A DNA stretch of 63,411 nt, filler included, from Octopus bimaculoides (Eukaryota): NCBI RefSeq assembly GCF_001194135.2. It is 5 parts of 5 records of this genome, joined end to end, with 100 filler letters (N's around TTAATTAATTAA, not from the genome) between each part and the next. Parts side by side here need not be neighbours in the genome. Positions count along the whole stretch, not along the records: positions 1 to 4,640 come from NC_068990.1; positions 4,741 to 21,375 come from NC_068987.1; 3 more parts are not named here. One strand, given 5' to 3'. This document shows, one piece after another, positions 1 through 13,074 of the stretch (position 1 is its first letter; each line of letters begins with the position of its first letter). The translations under genes were made by a program, and so were the position numbers. The notes under the pieces were generated by a model, which was not told where the DNA came from, ran no database searches, and saw nothing but the letters and a program-made list of their open reading frames with translations.

Positions 1-273
1 GAATGTGGAATCTAAAAACAGAAACAATTCCTATCATAGTAGGTGCCTTAGGTATAATAAAAAAATATTCAGACAAATACATAACAAAAACACCAGGACT
101 TACAAATATATATAACATACAGAAAATTGCACTACTGGGTACTGCACACATTCTACGCAAAACACTTTCAATACAGTAAACATAAGAGCACCACAGCAAA
201 CCACAGCACATACCCAAGGCGCACAGAGCTGCGCTCGGTAGTGAAGTGAAAGCACGTTATAAAAATAAAACTA

Positions 274-276
<3 letters not shown>
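1..276 (+). mobile_element. 3' end of R4/Dong-clade non-LTR retrotransposon (C-terminal restriction-like endonuclease region and 3' UTR)
   Basis: 3-179 reads MWNLKTETIPIIVGALGIIKKYSDKYITKTPGLTNIYNIQKIALLGTAHILRKTLSIQ*, the typical R4/Dong C-terminus. It ends AAAACTACTG followed by (AAT)9 at 277-303. The same terminus occurs at 61415 on the minus strand. Confidence 0.85.
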
Positions 277-304
<28 letters not shown>

Positions 305-604
305 GTGATGGTCCTTCATCGACGTAGCCATACCTGCAGATTGAGGACGAGAAATTCGGAATATAAGAAAACCTAGGATTGGAAGTGAAGCGAATCCACA
401 GTGACTGAAAAGTGAGCGTGGTACTTATTGTGATCGGGCTAAATACCAAACCTCGTGAGAAGTACTCGGCTGACAGAAATAACTGGATCAGCAGATGTGT
501 TGGGAAAAGTGTAGCGGGATAGAGTTGAGACGTGACATAGATAAATCACGAGACGTTAAGTGAATAAAGAAGAAGAAGAAGAAGAAGAAGAAGAAGAAGA
601 AGAA
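305..604 (+). mobile_element. Degenerate RLE-domain fragment of a second R4/Dong-like subfamily, ending in (AAG)n
   Basis: Broken frames give FIDVAIPAD, GLEVKRIH and KVSVVLIVIGL. An (AAG)n tract follows at 567-604. Confidence 0.55.
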
Positions 605-801
605 TGTGTATGTTCCATCTACGCCGTGTGTGCCGGTTCCTTGTTGAAGTCGGACCAGTATCTCTGAGCCTGCTGGGTGTAACACTTTCACCATCAAGGG
701 CTTCAGTTTCATTACCACCGTTATTCACAATATTTTATTTTTTAATTGTCACTCATATGAGGTAGCGATTATCAGGTTGTGCAATTACCAGTGTTTTTAT
801 T

Positions 802-1628
802 GAGGAGTACATCAGAAGAGTAAGGAAGCTGATGAAGTCAAAGCTAAATGGTCCGAATCTAGCGAAAACTGTAAATACTTGGGCAATATCATTACTTAGA
901 TACTCAGCAGCTTTTGTAAATTAGACAAAAACTGAATTAGCAAAGCTCGACAGAAGAACTAGGAAGGAATTCAATATGAATGGCGGACTCCACTCAAATG
1001 CAGGAGTAGCAAGATTATGTTTATTTAGAAAAGAATGCGGAAGAGGATTAATATCAGTAGAAAACAACACGGAGTTAGCTGGTAATAGTGTAGAAAGTTT
1101 ATTAAAAGCTGCTAAAGTCACAGCAGAGACATAGGGAAACCAAAAACCCAAAGTTAAACACCAGAAAAAGAACAGAAATGATCTGACTGGCAGGAGAAGG
1201 CATTGCATGGTAAATTCCCAAAGATAGCTGCAGTAAATAGTAGTAGTGAAACATGGTTATGGTTGAAGAAAGGAAGGATAAAAAGGGAGACAGAAAGTTG
1301 GTTAATAGCAGCACAATCAAGCTTTAGATAAAGTCCAAGATAGACAAAAACCAAGTATTTTCCCAATGAAAGCCATGGAAATCAACTGAGTAGACAACAC
1401 AGCAGAAAGTGATAAGTGCAGAATCTGTGGACAAAACATGAAATCGTATGGCATATTACCAGCTAATGTACGCCTCTAGCCCAGAAGGAATATAAGAGAC
1501 GCGACGACAATATACCAAGGCTTGTCCATTGGACACTTTGCAATAAGTATGGACTTAACACCGCAAAAACTTGGTACGACCACAAACCTGAAGGCATCAT
1601 TGAAAATAGAAATACAAAGATCCTACAG
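802..1628 (+). mobile_element. R4/Dong-like LINE fragment (RT thumb, CCHC knuckle, start of RLE), pseudogenised
   Basis: EYIRRVRKLMKSKLNG..NTWAISLLRYS..LDRRTRK..ARLCLFRKECGRGL, then WLKKGRIKRETESWLIAAQ, KCRICGQ and WYDHKPEGIIEN, with stops and frameshifts. Confidence 0.85.
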
Positions 1629-1932
1629 GTGGTGGTGGTGGTGGTGGTGGTGGTAATAAATGGATTCAATGAATTAGTGAGTCATACAAAAATGATGTGC
1701 GATATTTCTTGCGGTGAAACTGCGTAGTTTAGTGTTTCGCGTGTTCGATTTATGGTCTTCAACTCATGGACTCAATTTCTCTGATGGGTAGTGTGCATGT
1801 TATGTCCTTGAGCAAGATTTTCATTTCACGCTGCTCTATCTACCAAGTTGCAATGTGTTTTAGACGGGTGCTGTTGTAGCTTTCTTCCCACAACTCACAC
1901 ATATTCCGCTGAGTCAAGGTTGAAATTATTAG

Positions 1933-2126
1933 CAGGCTAGTAATTTGGGGGAAGAGGTTAGTCGATTACATCAACCTCAGTACCCAGCTAGTACTTATTT
2001 TATCGACCCTGAAATGATGAAAGACAAAATAGATCTCAGCGGAATTTGAACTCAGAACATAAAGACGGACGAGACCTGTCGAAGCATTTTGTCCAGTACG
2101 CTAACGACTCTGCCAGCACGCCGCCT
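1933..2126 (-). mobile_element. tRNA-derived SINE, family B
   Basis: Head GGCGGCG..TGGCAGA..GTTAGC with B-box GAGTTCAAATTCC and body TTTCATCxTTTCxGGGTCGATAAAATAAGTAC. There are more than ten similar copies in the window. Confidence 0.8.
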
Positions 2127-2710
2127 AAAAGCCATTCCAATAATAATAACAGCAATAATAATTATTACAAATGCACATGTAGGGAAGACGGCATTCATCG
2201 AAACAGGTGGAAAGGGAAAGAGAATGTGCCACGCTTCCGGCTGTAGGTTCATTGCTATTCAAGATGCATTGTATTATGTTTGGAGATATTTTAATCAACG
2301 AATGATCAAATCAGTCTAGCTGCAAATAAATACTAACAGAGGATTATTGCATTCATCTCGATACGAAGCAATAATGATGTTTCAGAGAGTTTCATTTATA
2401 TTTAGCACAGAGTTAAAAGCATGCGTTGCGTGTAGGTCTAAGCAAATCTATACGCAGCGGCAATGTAACATGTTCTAAATGTCTACATGAAGACGATTGG
2501 GTTAAATGAACTCTTCCTTTCCTCAGTGGTTCATACGGAGCACGTAAGCTTGTATATTCGAATTGAGAATGAAAACAAAATTTCATTTGGTGATGACAGA
2601 ATGTACAGATTACAGTTTGTTGCATGCGTCTAATGAATGTTGGTAAAAGAAGACAGATAATTAGATTTAGGGTGTGGAGATAAGACAGGCATAAAGACAG
2701 ATAGAAACAA

Positions 2711-2743
<33 letters not shown>

Positions 2744-3125
2744 AAGCGAAAGTGACATAAAGGAAGAAAGAGAGAATTTTGAGTCCTGTATAATTTTCAG
2801 TAGAAGCTTAATTGCAATGATATAAATTATATGAAAGATATAAAAATACGCACTTACAACAAACACATACATATACACACATACACAGAAGCATATACAT
2901 CTATACATAGATACACACAAGCATATAAATATATACATCGATAGACACAAGCATATACTATATACATATTCATGCTTATTATATATGTGTGTGTGTGTGT
3001 GTTTGTGTGTGTGTATGTATGTTTATATATTCTCATGTAATTTCAGCGCAAATGCATACACACGAAGTGATACACACAATACATTCGATAAAACGGGACG
3101 TACATATGCCTATCAATGATTCACA

Positions 3126-3212
<87 letters not shown>
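3126..3212. repeat. (GATA)n tetranucleotide microsatellite
   Basis: Perfect tandem run. Confidence 0.95.
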
Positions 3213-3337
3213 TTCGGTCAGTAGGTGAAAACTAAATTGTATATCTGCGTGACTAATTTCTAAATGAATCTTCATTATAAGCTGAATAATACTACAGATA
3301 TTGCGACAAAAACTGTAAATATAATACACATTCCAAT

Positions 3338-3472
3338 GTGACTGTGTGGTAAGTGGCTGGTTTACAAAGCACGTGGTCCCGGGTTCCGTCTCACTGCGTG
3401 GTACCTTGGGCGAGTGTCTTCGATTAAAGCTTTGTGAGTGGATCTGGTAGACGGAAACTGAAAGAAGGCCGT

Positions 3473-3535
<63 letters not shown>

Positions 3536-3780
3536 ATGTATATATATATATATATATGTATATATATGTTTGTGTGTCTGTGCTTGTCCCCCCACTATCG
3601 CTTGACAACCGATGCGGGTGTATTTACGTCCCTCGTAACTTAGCGGTTCTGCAAAAGAGACCCATAGTACTACGCTTCGCATACAAAGAATAAGTCCTGG
3701 ATTCGATTTGTTCGACTAAAGGTGATGTTCCAGCATGGCCATAGTCAAACGACTGAAACAAATAAAAGAATAAAAAAAAT
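3338..3780 (+). mobile_element. tRNA-derived SINE, family A (CORE-like motif, internal (TA)n(TG)n)
   Basis: A-box-like TGACTGTGTGG, B-box-like GGTTCCGTCTC, CORE-like ACCTTGGGCGAGTGTCTT, internal microsatellite, tail ..GACTGAAACAAATAAAAGAAT. About 16 full or partial copies occur in the window. Confidence 0.85.
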
Positions 3781-3812
3781 AAATCATATAGTGCCTCCAC
3801 TATATATATATC

Positions 3813-4055
3813 GTGGAGGCAATATTGCCTAGTGGTCAGAGCAGCGGACACGTGGGTTCGAATCTCAGACCGAGCGATGTGTGTTCGTATGAGCGAAACA
3901 CCTAAGCTCCACGCGGCTCCGGCCGAAGGTAATGGCAAACTTCTGTTGACTCTCAATGTTCCCTCCTGCGACGGACCAGCGCCACGTGCAGGTGGGGAAC
4001 CTATACGTCAATGAAAGCGGAAAACCGGCTCATAAATGCATGGCACGAGAAGGAA

Positions 4056-4058
<3 letters not shown>
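3813..4058 (+). mobile_element. tRNA-derived SINE, family E (internally deleted copy)
   Basis: Matches 23062-23370 (minus): TAGTGGT A-box, GGTTCGAATC B-box, ATGAGCGAAACACCTAAGCTC body. Confidence 0.75.
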
Positions 4059-4099
<41 letters not shown>

Positions 4100-4112
4100 C
4101 ATATATATATAT

Positions 4113-4324
4113 AGGCGCAGGTGTGGGGGTGTGGTAAAAATCTTACTTCCATATGGTTCCGGATTCAGACCCACAGCACCATTGGGCAAGTGCCTTCTAC
4201 TATAGCCTCAAGCCGACCAAAGCCATGTGACTGGTTTTGGTAAATGGTAACTGGAAGAAGCCCTTCGTATGTATATGTGTGTGTGTGTGTNNNNNNNNNN
4301 GGTAACTGGAAGAAGCCCTTCGTA

Positions 4325-4361
<37 letters not shown>

Positions 4362-4552
4362 TTGTGCGTGTGTGTATGTGTATCTCTGTGTGTCTGTTCG
4401 TGTTTGTACCCCGGTCAAGGCTTGATAACGATGCTGGTGTGTATATGTCCCCGTACGCTAGCGATAGAATGTCTTGGGTTTGATTTCTTTGACTAACACC
4501 CTTTAAGAAAGTGCTCCAGTATGGCCGGTGTCAGATGACTTAAACAAGTAAA
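4113..4552 (+). mobile_element. SINE family A
   Basis: GGCGCAGG head, CORE-like motif and internal (TG)n. It contains a 10-N gap with duplicated flanks. Confidence 0.8.
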
Positions 4553-4554
4553 TT

Positions 4555-4640
<86 letters not shown>

Positions 4641-4740
4641 NNNNNNNNNNNNNNNNNNNNNNNNNNNNNNNNNNNNNNNNNNNNTTAATTAATTAANNNN
4701 NNNNNNNNNNNNNNNNNNNNNNNNNNNNNNNNNNNNNNNN
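4641..4740. other. Assembly placeholder gap: 44 N + TTAATTAATTAA + 44 N
   Basis: The same 12-mer sits inside N runs at 4685, 21420, 49438 and 61208. It is a palindrome with TAA in all six frames. Confidence 0.9.
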
Positions 4741-4985
4741 GGCACATAAAAGACACCATTTCGAGCGTGGCCGTTGCCAGTATCGCCTGACTGGCCTTCG
4801 TGCAGGTGACACGTAAAAGCACCTACTACACTCTCTGAGTGGTTGGCGTTAGGAAGGGCATCCAGCTGTAGAAACTCTGCCAAATTTAGATTGGAGCCTG
4901 GTGTTGCCATCCGGTTTCACCAGTCCTCAGTCAAGTCGTCCAACCCATGCTAGCATGGAAAGCGGACGTTAAACGATGATGATGA
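4741..4985 (+). mobile_element. Family C repeat: RTE-type LINE 3' UTR or SINE sharing that tail, ending (GAT)n
   Basis: GTTAGGAAGGGCATCCAGCTGTAGAAAC..GCATGGAAAGCGGACGTTAAACGATGATGAT. The same tail follows RTE coding sequence at 36845-37485 and 16735-17222. Confidence 0.75.
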
Positions 4986-5378
4986 TTGCAGTAAGGTTAT
5001 GATTGCACTTAATTTAATGGTATGGGTTAATAGTTATATCATTTAGTAAATACAATGTTATACAATGAATGATATAGAAAAATATATTATTACATTGAAG
5101 TGCCATACACATGAGTTGTGTTATATATTTTATTGCTGAGATAGGACATCTTTATGTATGAATTAGAATGTATGTCAGTCTGTCTCCTTACCTGTTGTCT
5201 TCTACTTTCATGCAAACGTACATAGATAATTCTGTATGATTATATATGTACATAAAGATGTGCATATTTGTCAGTTTGTAACTAAAAATTTGCTTATAAA
5301 CTGAAATACATACAACTTCATGTGAGATAAAGAAAGAAAATCATTTTGAAATGTTTGTATGTGTGTGTATATGTTTGT

Positions 5379-5434
<56 letters not shown>

Positions 5435-6208
5435 GTATCATAGAAGCATTACAGCCATTTGAAGCATATATTCAAACGGAAGATGATTTCCATGTTTGAT
5501 TAATTTCTACAGATGAACCAAAACACATTTCTGGGCCTCACTAAAATACTCATCCTTAAGCATGTGAATAGTTCTGTTATAACTAAATACCCACAAAAAT
5601 ACTATCTTTCCTTCCTGCATGTTTCATGTTAACTTCTGACCCTACACCAACTTCATGTGGTCCACTGACTGAACATGTTACAATATATCACCACACCTCT
5701 GTCATGCTTCATTGCATCTATGAGTCCTAGTTCACATTTCTTTCTGTCTTCTTAGTAACAGTTAGGGCATCTGACCATAGAAAATCTGCCTCAATGAATT
5801 CTGCCTGAGCTATGTAAGCATTGAAAATTGGATGTTAAAATGAGGATGATGATATCTTTCTTGTGTTGTTTTTTCCCTCTGCCATTTGTACTGTTTACTA
5901 TTACCATACAGCCCCCTTTCAACTAGAATGTGTAATCCATTCTTATTACATGTCTATAACATTACAGTCCTGCATACATACTGGTTGATGCTATTAATAC
6001 TCAGCTGCTCACACCACTCACATGCACTCTATTTTCTCACTCACCAAATACTCCATACTCATTACTCACATCGTATTACCATACAATATCACTAATTTAC
6101 TCATTGTCACTAACACAGGTAACAATTCTCTGAACATTTAGCTTTTTTCTTACTCTAGCCACAGATACTTCTGTAAACTCTTTTAAACTGTGTACACACA
6201 CACAAATA

Positions 6209-6311
<103 letters not shown>

Positions 6312-7358
6312 GTAAACAACAGGTTGTGCTGTGCGCAACGTAGATAAATCAATGGTTGAACAGAAAGAACACAACAAGGAGAAAACAGCCTTTTAACATC
6401 ACAAAACTGCTAGGATGTTCTGGACATTGACTGAGGAGGAAATCAGCTGCAAATGTTCTGTGTGTCTTGTTTTTGTCCAGTTTCCCATATGTCATGTTAT
6501 TGTGTAATTTTCTGTATGTTGTGTCTTTTGTTGGTTTTCCGCTTGCTGTATTTTCTCCTTGTGTTCTTTCTGTTATACACGCGTGTGTGTGCATGTATGT
6601 GTGTGTACATATATGTGTGTATATATAAATACATACATATATGTATGTATGTATGTATATGTATGTGTATATGTATGTGCATATATATATATATACATAT
6701 ACAAATATAGATATAAATATATATGTAAACAAATGATATGTATTGTGCTACATGGATGTATCATGGGTTGGACAGAAAGAATACAAGGAGAAAAGTTAGA
6801 TGAAAGTAGAGTAAATGAGAAAGTAGACGTAAACTAAATGGATAGGAAATTAGACAATGACACGATATGCAGAATATTCAGTCAAAGGCACAAAATATCA
6901 TAGCAGTTTCACACCAATTACCTTTGATACTGCTCAATTTTGCAGGTGCCAGTACTTTTATTAAGCTACTGGGAAAAAGCTAGTGAATGTGTGCTAAGAC
7001 AGAAGCAAACAAGACATTATATAAATACAAGAGACAATGGATTATGCATATATAACAGTATATATATATATATATATACACAAACAGTATATATATATAG
7101 TATATATATACAAACTAGGAAGAAAATAGTAATAATTATACATATACCACAAATATAACAGAAAGAGCTTTGCAGTTGTTGAAAAACTAAGTGGAGTAGC
7201 ACAAAGAGATAATAGAGTAAGTCTTAGAAGACAGCATGGATATAGCAAAAGTGTGACCAGTCTCATCAAAGGTAGGACAAAAAAGAAGGACACCATTTTT
7301 GTGGGCAGCTGTCATGTAGTATGGAATGGGAAGTGTTGAGAGAAGGAAAGAGGCGGTG

Positions 7359-7403
<45 letters not shown>

Positions 7404-7740
7404 ACAAAGGAGCAGATCAAGAAAGAGAGAGAATGAAGGAGCAGAGTAAGAAAGAGAGAAGGGAACAATACAAGGGAAGCAAGTGAGGGTGGAAAGGATG
7501 GAGAAAGAGAGAGTAAGATTAGAGGTGGAAAAAGATAGAGGGAAAGAGGGGGAGACAGAGAGCGGGAGAACAAAAAGAAATAAAGGGAGGCAGAGAGAAA
7601 GAGTGGAGAAAAATGTAGAGTAAGAGTGGAGATGGGGTCAAGAGGAGCACCAGAATATTCAGGAATATTTTTTTACAATGAAGTAAATAAATGATGCGCA
7701 TTGCACTACATGGATGCATCAAGGGTTGAACAGAAAGAAT

Positions 7741-8045
7741 ACAAGGAGAGAAAGTTAGATGGAAGCAGAGTAAACTGGAAAGTAGATGAAAACTAAACGG
7801 ACAGGAAATTAGACAATAGCACAATACATGGAATATTCACAGCTGAATTTTCCCCTTCGGTCAAAGACGCAAAATTGAGCAGTATCAAAAGTAACTGGAA
7901 TGAAACCGCTATGATATTTTGCATCTTTGAAGAGGAAAACTAAGCTGTGAATATTCCATGTATCATGTCGTTGTCTAATTTCCTGTCTGTTTAGTTTTCT
8001 TCTACTTTCCTGTTTACTCTGTTATTGTCTAACTTTACTCCTTGT
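7741..8045. repeat. Foldback element with ~104-bp inverted arms (7741-7844 / 7943-8045)
   Basis: The arms are visibly reverse-complementary. A direct partial copy lies at about 6730-6945. Confidence 0.75.
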
Positions 8046-9307
8046 TGNNNNNNNNNNNNNNNNNNNNNNNNNNNNNNNNNNNNNNNNNNNNNNNNNNNNN
8101 NNNNNNNNNNNNNNNNNNNNNNNNNNNNNNNNNNNNNNNNNNNNNNNNNNNNNNNNNNNNNNNNNNNNNNNNNNNNNNNNNNNNNNNNNNNNNNNNNNNN
8201 NNNNNNNNNNNNNNNNNNNNNNNNNNNNNNNNNNNNNNNNNNNNNNNNNNNNNNNNNNNNNNNNNNNNNNNNNNNNNNNNNNNNNNNNNNNNNNNNNNNN
8301 NNNNNNNNNNNNNNNNNNNNNNNNNNNNNNNNNNNNNNNNNNNNNNNNNNNNNNNNNNNNNNNNNNNNNNNNNNNNNNNNNNNNNNNNNNNNNNNNNNNN
8401 NNNNNNNNNNNNNNNNNNNNNNNNNNNNNNNNNNNNNNNNNNNNNNNNNNNNNNNNNNNNNNNNNNNNNNNNNNNNNNNNNNNNNNNNNNNNNNNNNNNN
8501 NNNNNNNNNNNNNNNNNNNNNNNNNNNNNNNNNNNNNNNNNNNNNNNNNNNNNNNNNNNNNNNNNNNNNNNNNNNNNNNNNNNNNNNNNNNNNNNNNNNN
8601 NNNNNNNNNNNNNNNNNNNNNNNNNNNNNNNNNNNNNNNNNNNNNNNNNNNNNNNNNNNNNNNNNNNNNNNNNNNNNNNNNNNNNNNNNNNNNNNNNNNN
8701 NNNNNNNNNNNNNNNNNNNNNNNNNNNNNNNNNNNNNNNNNNNNNNNNNNNNNNNNNNNNNNNNNNNNNNNNNNNNNNNNNNNNNNNNNTATATATGTAT
8801 ATGTCTGTATGTGTCTTTGTCTCTGTCACCCCATCACCTCTGGACAACTGGTGTTGGTGTGTTTACATTCCTGTAACTTAGTGGTTTGGCAAAAGAAACT
8901 GATAGAATAAGTACCAGGCTTAAAAAAAAAAAAAAGTCCTGGGGTTGATTTGTTCAGTTAAAACTATTCAAGATGGTGCACCAGCATGGACACAAACTGA
9001 AACAAGTAAAAGAATTTACACATGCTTCCAATGACGACCCAGTGTCACATTTCTATTTTGCACCAGGCAAAATGTATTTTTCTTCTGAAACCCTTTATAC
9101 AAGATACTGACCCAAATCCTTCTATCTTAGAACCACGCAGACTCATGAGTCTAAGACAGGTTATGGGCAGCCCTCTTCTGCCTCCCTTCATTGACACAAA
9201 TATAAAGAGAAAACAACCCTTGGTGATATGGCTTTGACATGAAGAAACTACCACATCTGATCTGTGGGTTGTTTGTTGTTAACAGCGGATGTTGAGAGAA
9301 AAATAAT

Positions 9308-9315
9308 TGCTGCTG

Positions 9316-9346
<31 letters not shown>

Positions 9347-9665
9347 CACCACCACCACCACCATCACTTCTATCACTACTACAGCCATTACCATTACTGC
9401 CACGGCTACTACCATCACCGCTGGCACCGTCACTGATACTACTACTACCACTACTGCCACCACCACCACCACCACCACCACTACCACCACCATAACCAGC
9501 ATCACCGCTACTACTACTACTACTACTACTACTATTACCACCACCACCACCACCATCACCACCACCACCTCCACATCATCATCATCATCATTACCACCAC
9601 CACTATCATCATCATCTTCACCTTGTCCTTCTTACAACCACTGCTGCCACTACCATCACCCCCTC
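9308..9665. repeat. Compound trinucleotide array (ACT/ACC/ATC)
   Basis: Mosaic of ACY and ATC units. A similar array lies at 24190-24620. Confidence 0.9.
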
Positions 9666-9981
9666 ATCCCACTGCTTCCAAAACAACAACAAAAACACTA
9701 TATTCCATAACCATGTCTCATTCTATTGCATTATCTAGAATGGAAATGTTCTTTTCTACTACTCCACAATAATATGTTTGGAATTAATAATCCTCTTGAA
9801 CATTTTATCAAATTTGATTTCTTGTCTCCGATCATTATTGATGTCATTAATTTCTGCTCTTTTAAACTCTCTAATTGTACATGATTGTACTGCTGATCAT
9901 ATCTCTTCTGATTAAGTGCTACATGACAATTTATCAAATTCTGCTTTAGGTTAGGATGTTTCCTTCATTTATTTACTTCAC

Positions 9982-10012
<31 letters not shown>

Positions 10013-10715
10013 ATAATAGCTCCACATTTTTTTCTTCATGTATGTTAATGTCATGACTGTACATACATCTCTTAGTGTTTTGTCAAGTACTGAGGTGCTC
10101 ACGTTATGTCAAACTTCAGTTTTCCTCCTCCTCCTCCTCCACCACCGCTGCCGCCACCACCACTACCACCACCACCACGAGCAGCAACAACAGCAACAGT
10201 TTGACAGGATCTGAGGAATCCAAGGATAAGTATCATGCTTCACTTTTTACTTTGGCATGATGTTTACAATCTGATATTCTTCTCAATGCCAACAACTTTA
10301 CCTCATGTTCTGGCAGCTTCTTTTGTGCTGCCAACACTAGTGAGATTTACTTAATTGGTCCATTGATTGGTTGAAAAATATCAAATGACCTAGAGAATTA
10401 ATGCTACTTTCATCAGAGTCATTTCTGGTTTTCAATAATGCACCTATAATGACTACTGGAAGCAGATGGAAGTCAAATTTATTACAATAAAGAAAAATAT
10501 GTAATGACCTTTATGGTATCTTGTATATCATTCTGTGTAAAAACCAGTATAACTGGAGCATAACCATGGATTTACAATACAGAATGGTGATGGACTATAA
10601 ACTCAGACCCAGCCACAAGAATATGTGGTGTTCTTTACTAATATAAACAATATTGTTAGCCAAGTTTACTAACAGAAAGCTTATTGAGTATTTTACCTGG
10701 ATTGATAATTCCTCA

Positions 10716-10807
<92 letters not shown>

Positions 10808-11036
10808 NNNNNNNNNNNNNNNNNNNNNNNNNNNNNNNNNNNNNNNNNNNNNNNNNNNNNNNNNNNNNNNNNNNNNNNNNNNNNNNNNNNNNNNNNNNNN
10901 NNNNNNNNNNNNNNNNNNNNNNNNNNNNNNNNNNNNNNNNNNNNNNNNNNNNNNNNNNNNNNNNNNNNNNNNNNNNNNNNNNNNNNNNNNNNNNNNNNNN
11001 NNNNNNNNNNNNNNNNNNNNNNNNNNNNNNNNNNNN

Positions 11037-11199
11037 ATATACGACGGGCTTCTTTCAGTTTCTGTCTACCAAATCCACTCACAAGGCTTTGGTCAGCCCG
11101 AGGCTATAGTAGAAGACACTTTCCCAAGGTGCCACGCAGTGGGAATGAACCCAGAACCATGTGGTTGGTAAGCAAGCTACTTACCACACAGTCACTCCT
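11037..11199 (-). mobile_element. SINE family A, 5' half
   Basis: Reverse complement of the family A head and CORE-like segment, abutting an N gap at the internal microsatellite. Confidence 0.8.
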
Positions 11200-11749
11200 G
11201 ATATATATATATGCATGTAGATAGATAGATATTGAAATTTAAGACTTTGTTTAGGCATAACAATACTAATAACATGATGTTAGAACTCAATATAAATATG
11301 CTTTAGAATAAAGCATTAGTTGAATACAGAGCATAATTTGAAATTAAATAAATGACAAGGAATAAGAATTACATAATAAACTTCATTGGCTTACAGCTGT
11401 TTCTGTTATAAGATGCAGTGCACTCAAAGGTGAGTGCTTGTGCATCTCCTTATAGCTTCCTCTGAACTTCTTTTTATTCTTTTCTTTCTCTCTAGATTTT
11501 AGATTCTCTCATTTTCTATTTGTCTCTGATGTCTTTTGCTGTCTTGGTTCTTACAGTCAGTTTCTTAAGGCCAGTTATATATGTTTAAATGTGCATTAAT
11601 ATACACATATATTCCATCTATTTTTTATGTATGTGTATGAACAGTTATTTAATTTCATATATAAATATTGATACAGATATATAAGCATACCCCGCCACAC
11701 ACTTATGACTGTGTGTGTGTGTAACGTGCATGGATGTATGTATGATAAA

Positions 11750-12222
11750 CAGGACCTTAGGCTCAATTCACACAGCTGTGTGAAGCTGCAGGAGACTGTG
11801 GTCAATCCCTGGTTGGAGAGAGTTGTTGCTGGAAGGCCATATGTGTGGCAGCAGGATTTGGCTCCTTGCCACACCTTCGGAAGACGTGGTTGTTGGAGAA
11901 TTTCTATGACTTTACCAGCAAAAATTTCTGGCCTCCTAATTCCACCTATTCTAATACCATGGATTACTATGTGTGGGGTGCAGTTAAGAAAGACACCAAG
12001 GTCGAGCTTGTGGCCAAGATCAAGGACATGTTCAAAGATTTTCCCCAGGGTCAGTGGAGAATGCATGTACCAGGTTCTGGAGTTGTCTTGAGGCCATGTG
12101 AAAGCTGAGGGTGGCTACTTTGAATATACTGTTATCTTCCTAATACTTTTATTTTTGTATTGGATATTTTGTTTTTTCTTTTCTTTTATACAAACTTTCA
12201 AATTTAGTCCGAACTCTCTGTA
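11750..12222 (+). mobile_element. Tc1/mariner (maT/DD37D-like) transposase 3' fragment with right end
   Basis: KLQETVVNPWLERVVAGRPYVWQQDLAPCHT..FWPPNS..MDYYVWGAV..EGGYFE*, ending ..CTCTGTA. A second copy lies at 46985-47468. Confidence 0.8.
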
Positions 12223-13013
12223 GGTCTGCCTAACCATTGCTCCACATCAGCACCAACACAACTACCACCAGCACTGGATATATCATCTTCTCAGCAAAGG
12301 ATTACAGAATACACAGCATGATTTTGCAACAGACCAAAACATGGCCTAGATTGTTCTACCATATTACTTTTGAGACTTGTGTATGATAGGGCTACTGTAA
12401 TAAAGCTGACAGTTGACAATATCAACCACAAAAGCCATGGCAACAAATGCTCACACACACACAACACATACTGCACCCTCAAACCTATAACCAGTGAGCA
12501 AAAGATTTTATTGTAACCACTTGCAGTAAGTGAGCAAAACACTAACCAACCACACATCTTCCTTTCACAAACGAGCAAGCTTATTCTCAGTTTCTAGGAA
12601 TGCATGATGAGGGGGAGAGAAAAAAAAAACTGAGTGAGAGAAGGGGGAGACAGAGAGAAAGAGACAGATCAAATAAACGAGTGGGAAAAACTAGAGAAAG
12701 TGAGGAAGAACTAGATAAAGGTCTAGAGATGCAGATAGAGAAATAGATAGAGAGGATATCTGTTTGGTTTGCATGTGTGTGTGTATGTGTGTGGGGGAGG
12801 GGAGAAAGAGAGAGACAGAGAGGGAGAAAGATAATGAGACAGTGAAAGTTCCGGAGACAAAGAGAAAAAGAGACAGATAAAAAGTTTAGGTTATCATTTG
12901 ATGATGAGATAGACACAGCTTCCAAGAAATTGGTGTATTTGCATTTTAGATTTTTATCTTCCTATGTATGTATGTGCATGTGAGTGTGTATGAATATGTG
13001 TGCATGTGTGTGC

Positions 13014-13074
<61 letters not shown>

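Noticed and set aside
2527-2543. 17-nt microexon with good splice sites (also 9 nt at about 52762-52770)
   Set aside because: Such matches are expected by chance, and there is no supporting gene context.
3338-3420. tRNA genes at SINE heads
   Set aside because: A and B boxes are present but there is no full cloverleaf, and the heads run straight into multi-copy SINE bodies.
4246-4345. Tandem duplications flanking short gaps (also 43733-43841 and 49835-50388)
   Set aside because: Identical sequence on both sides of an N run indicates unmerged contig overlaps.
7870-7925. Hammerhead-like core in the 7.8-kb foldback
   Set aside because: Two core substitutions and an insertion before stem I'.
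9264-9710. 148-aa Thr-rich, mucin-like ORF (and the similar array at 24129-24765)
   Set aside because: Built from ACT/ACC/ATC microsatellites that are open in several frames on both strands, with no complex domain.
11400-11432. Exon-like segment ending AAG|GTGAGT
   Set aside because: It lies inside a copy of the foldback repeat family.
12224-12321. Apparent terminal exon GLPNHCSTSAPTQLPPALDISSSQQRITEYTA*
   Set aside because: The acceptor AG is created by the TA end of the upstream maT transposon, and the peptide has no recognised homology.
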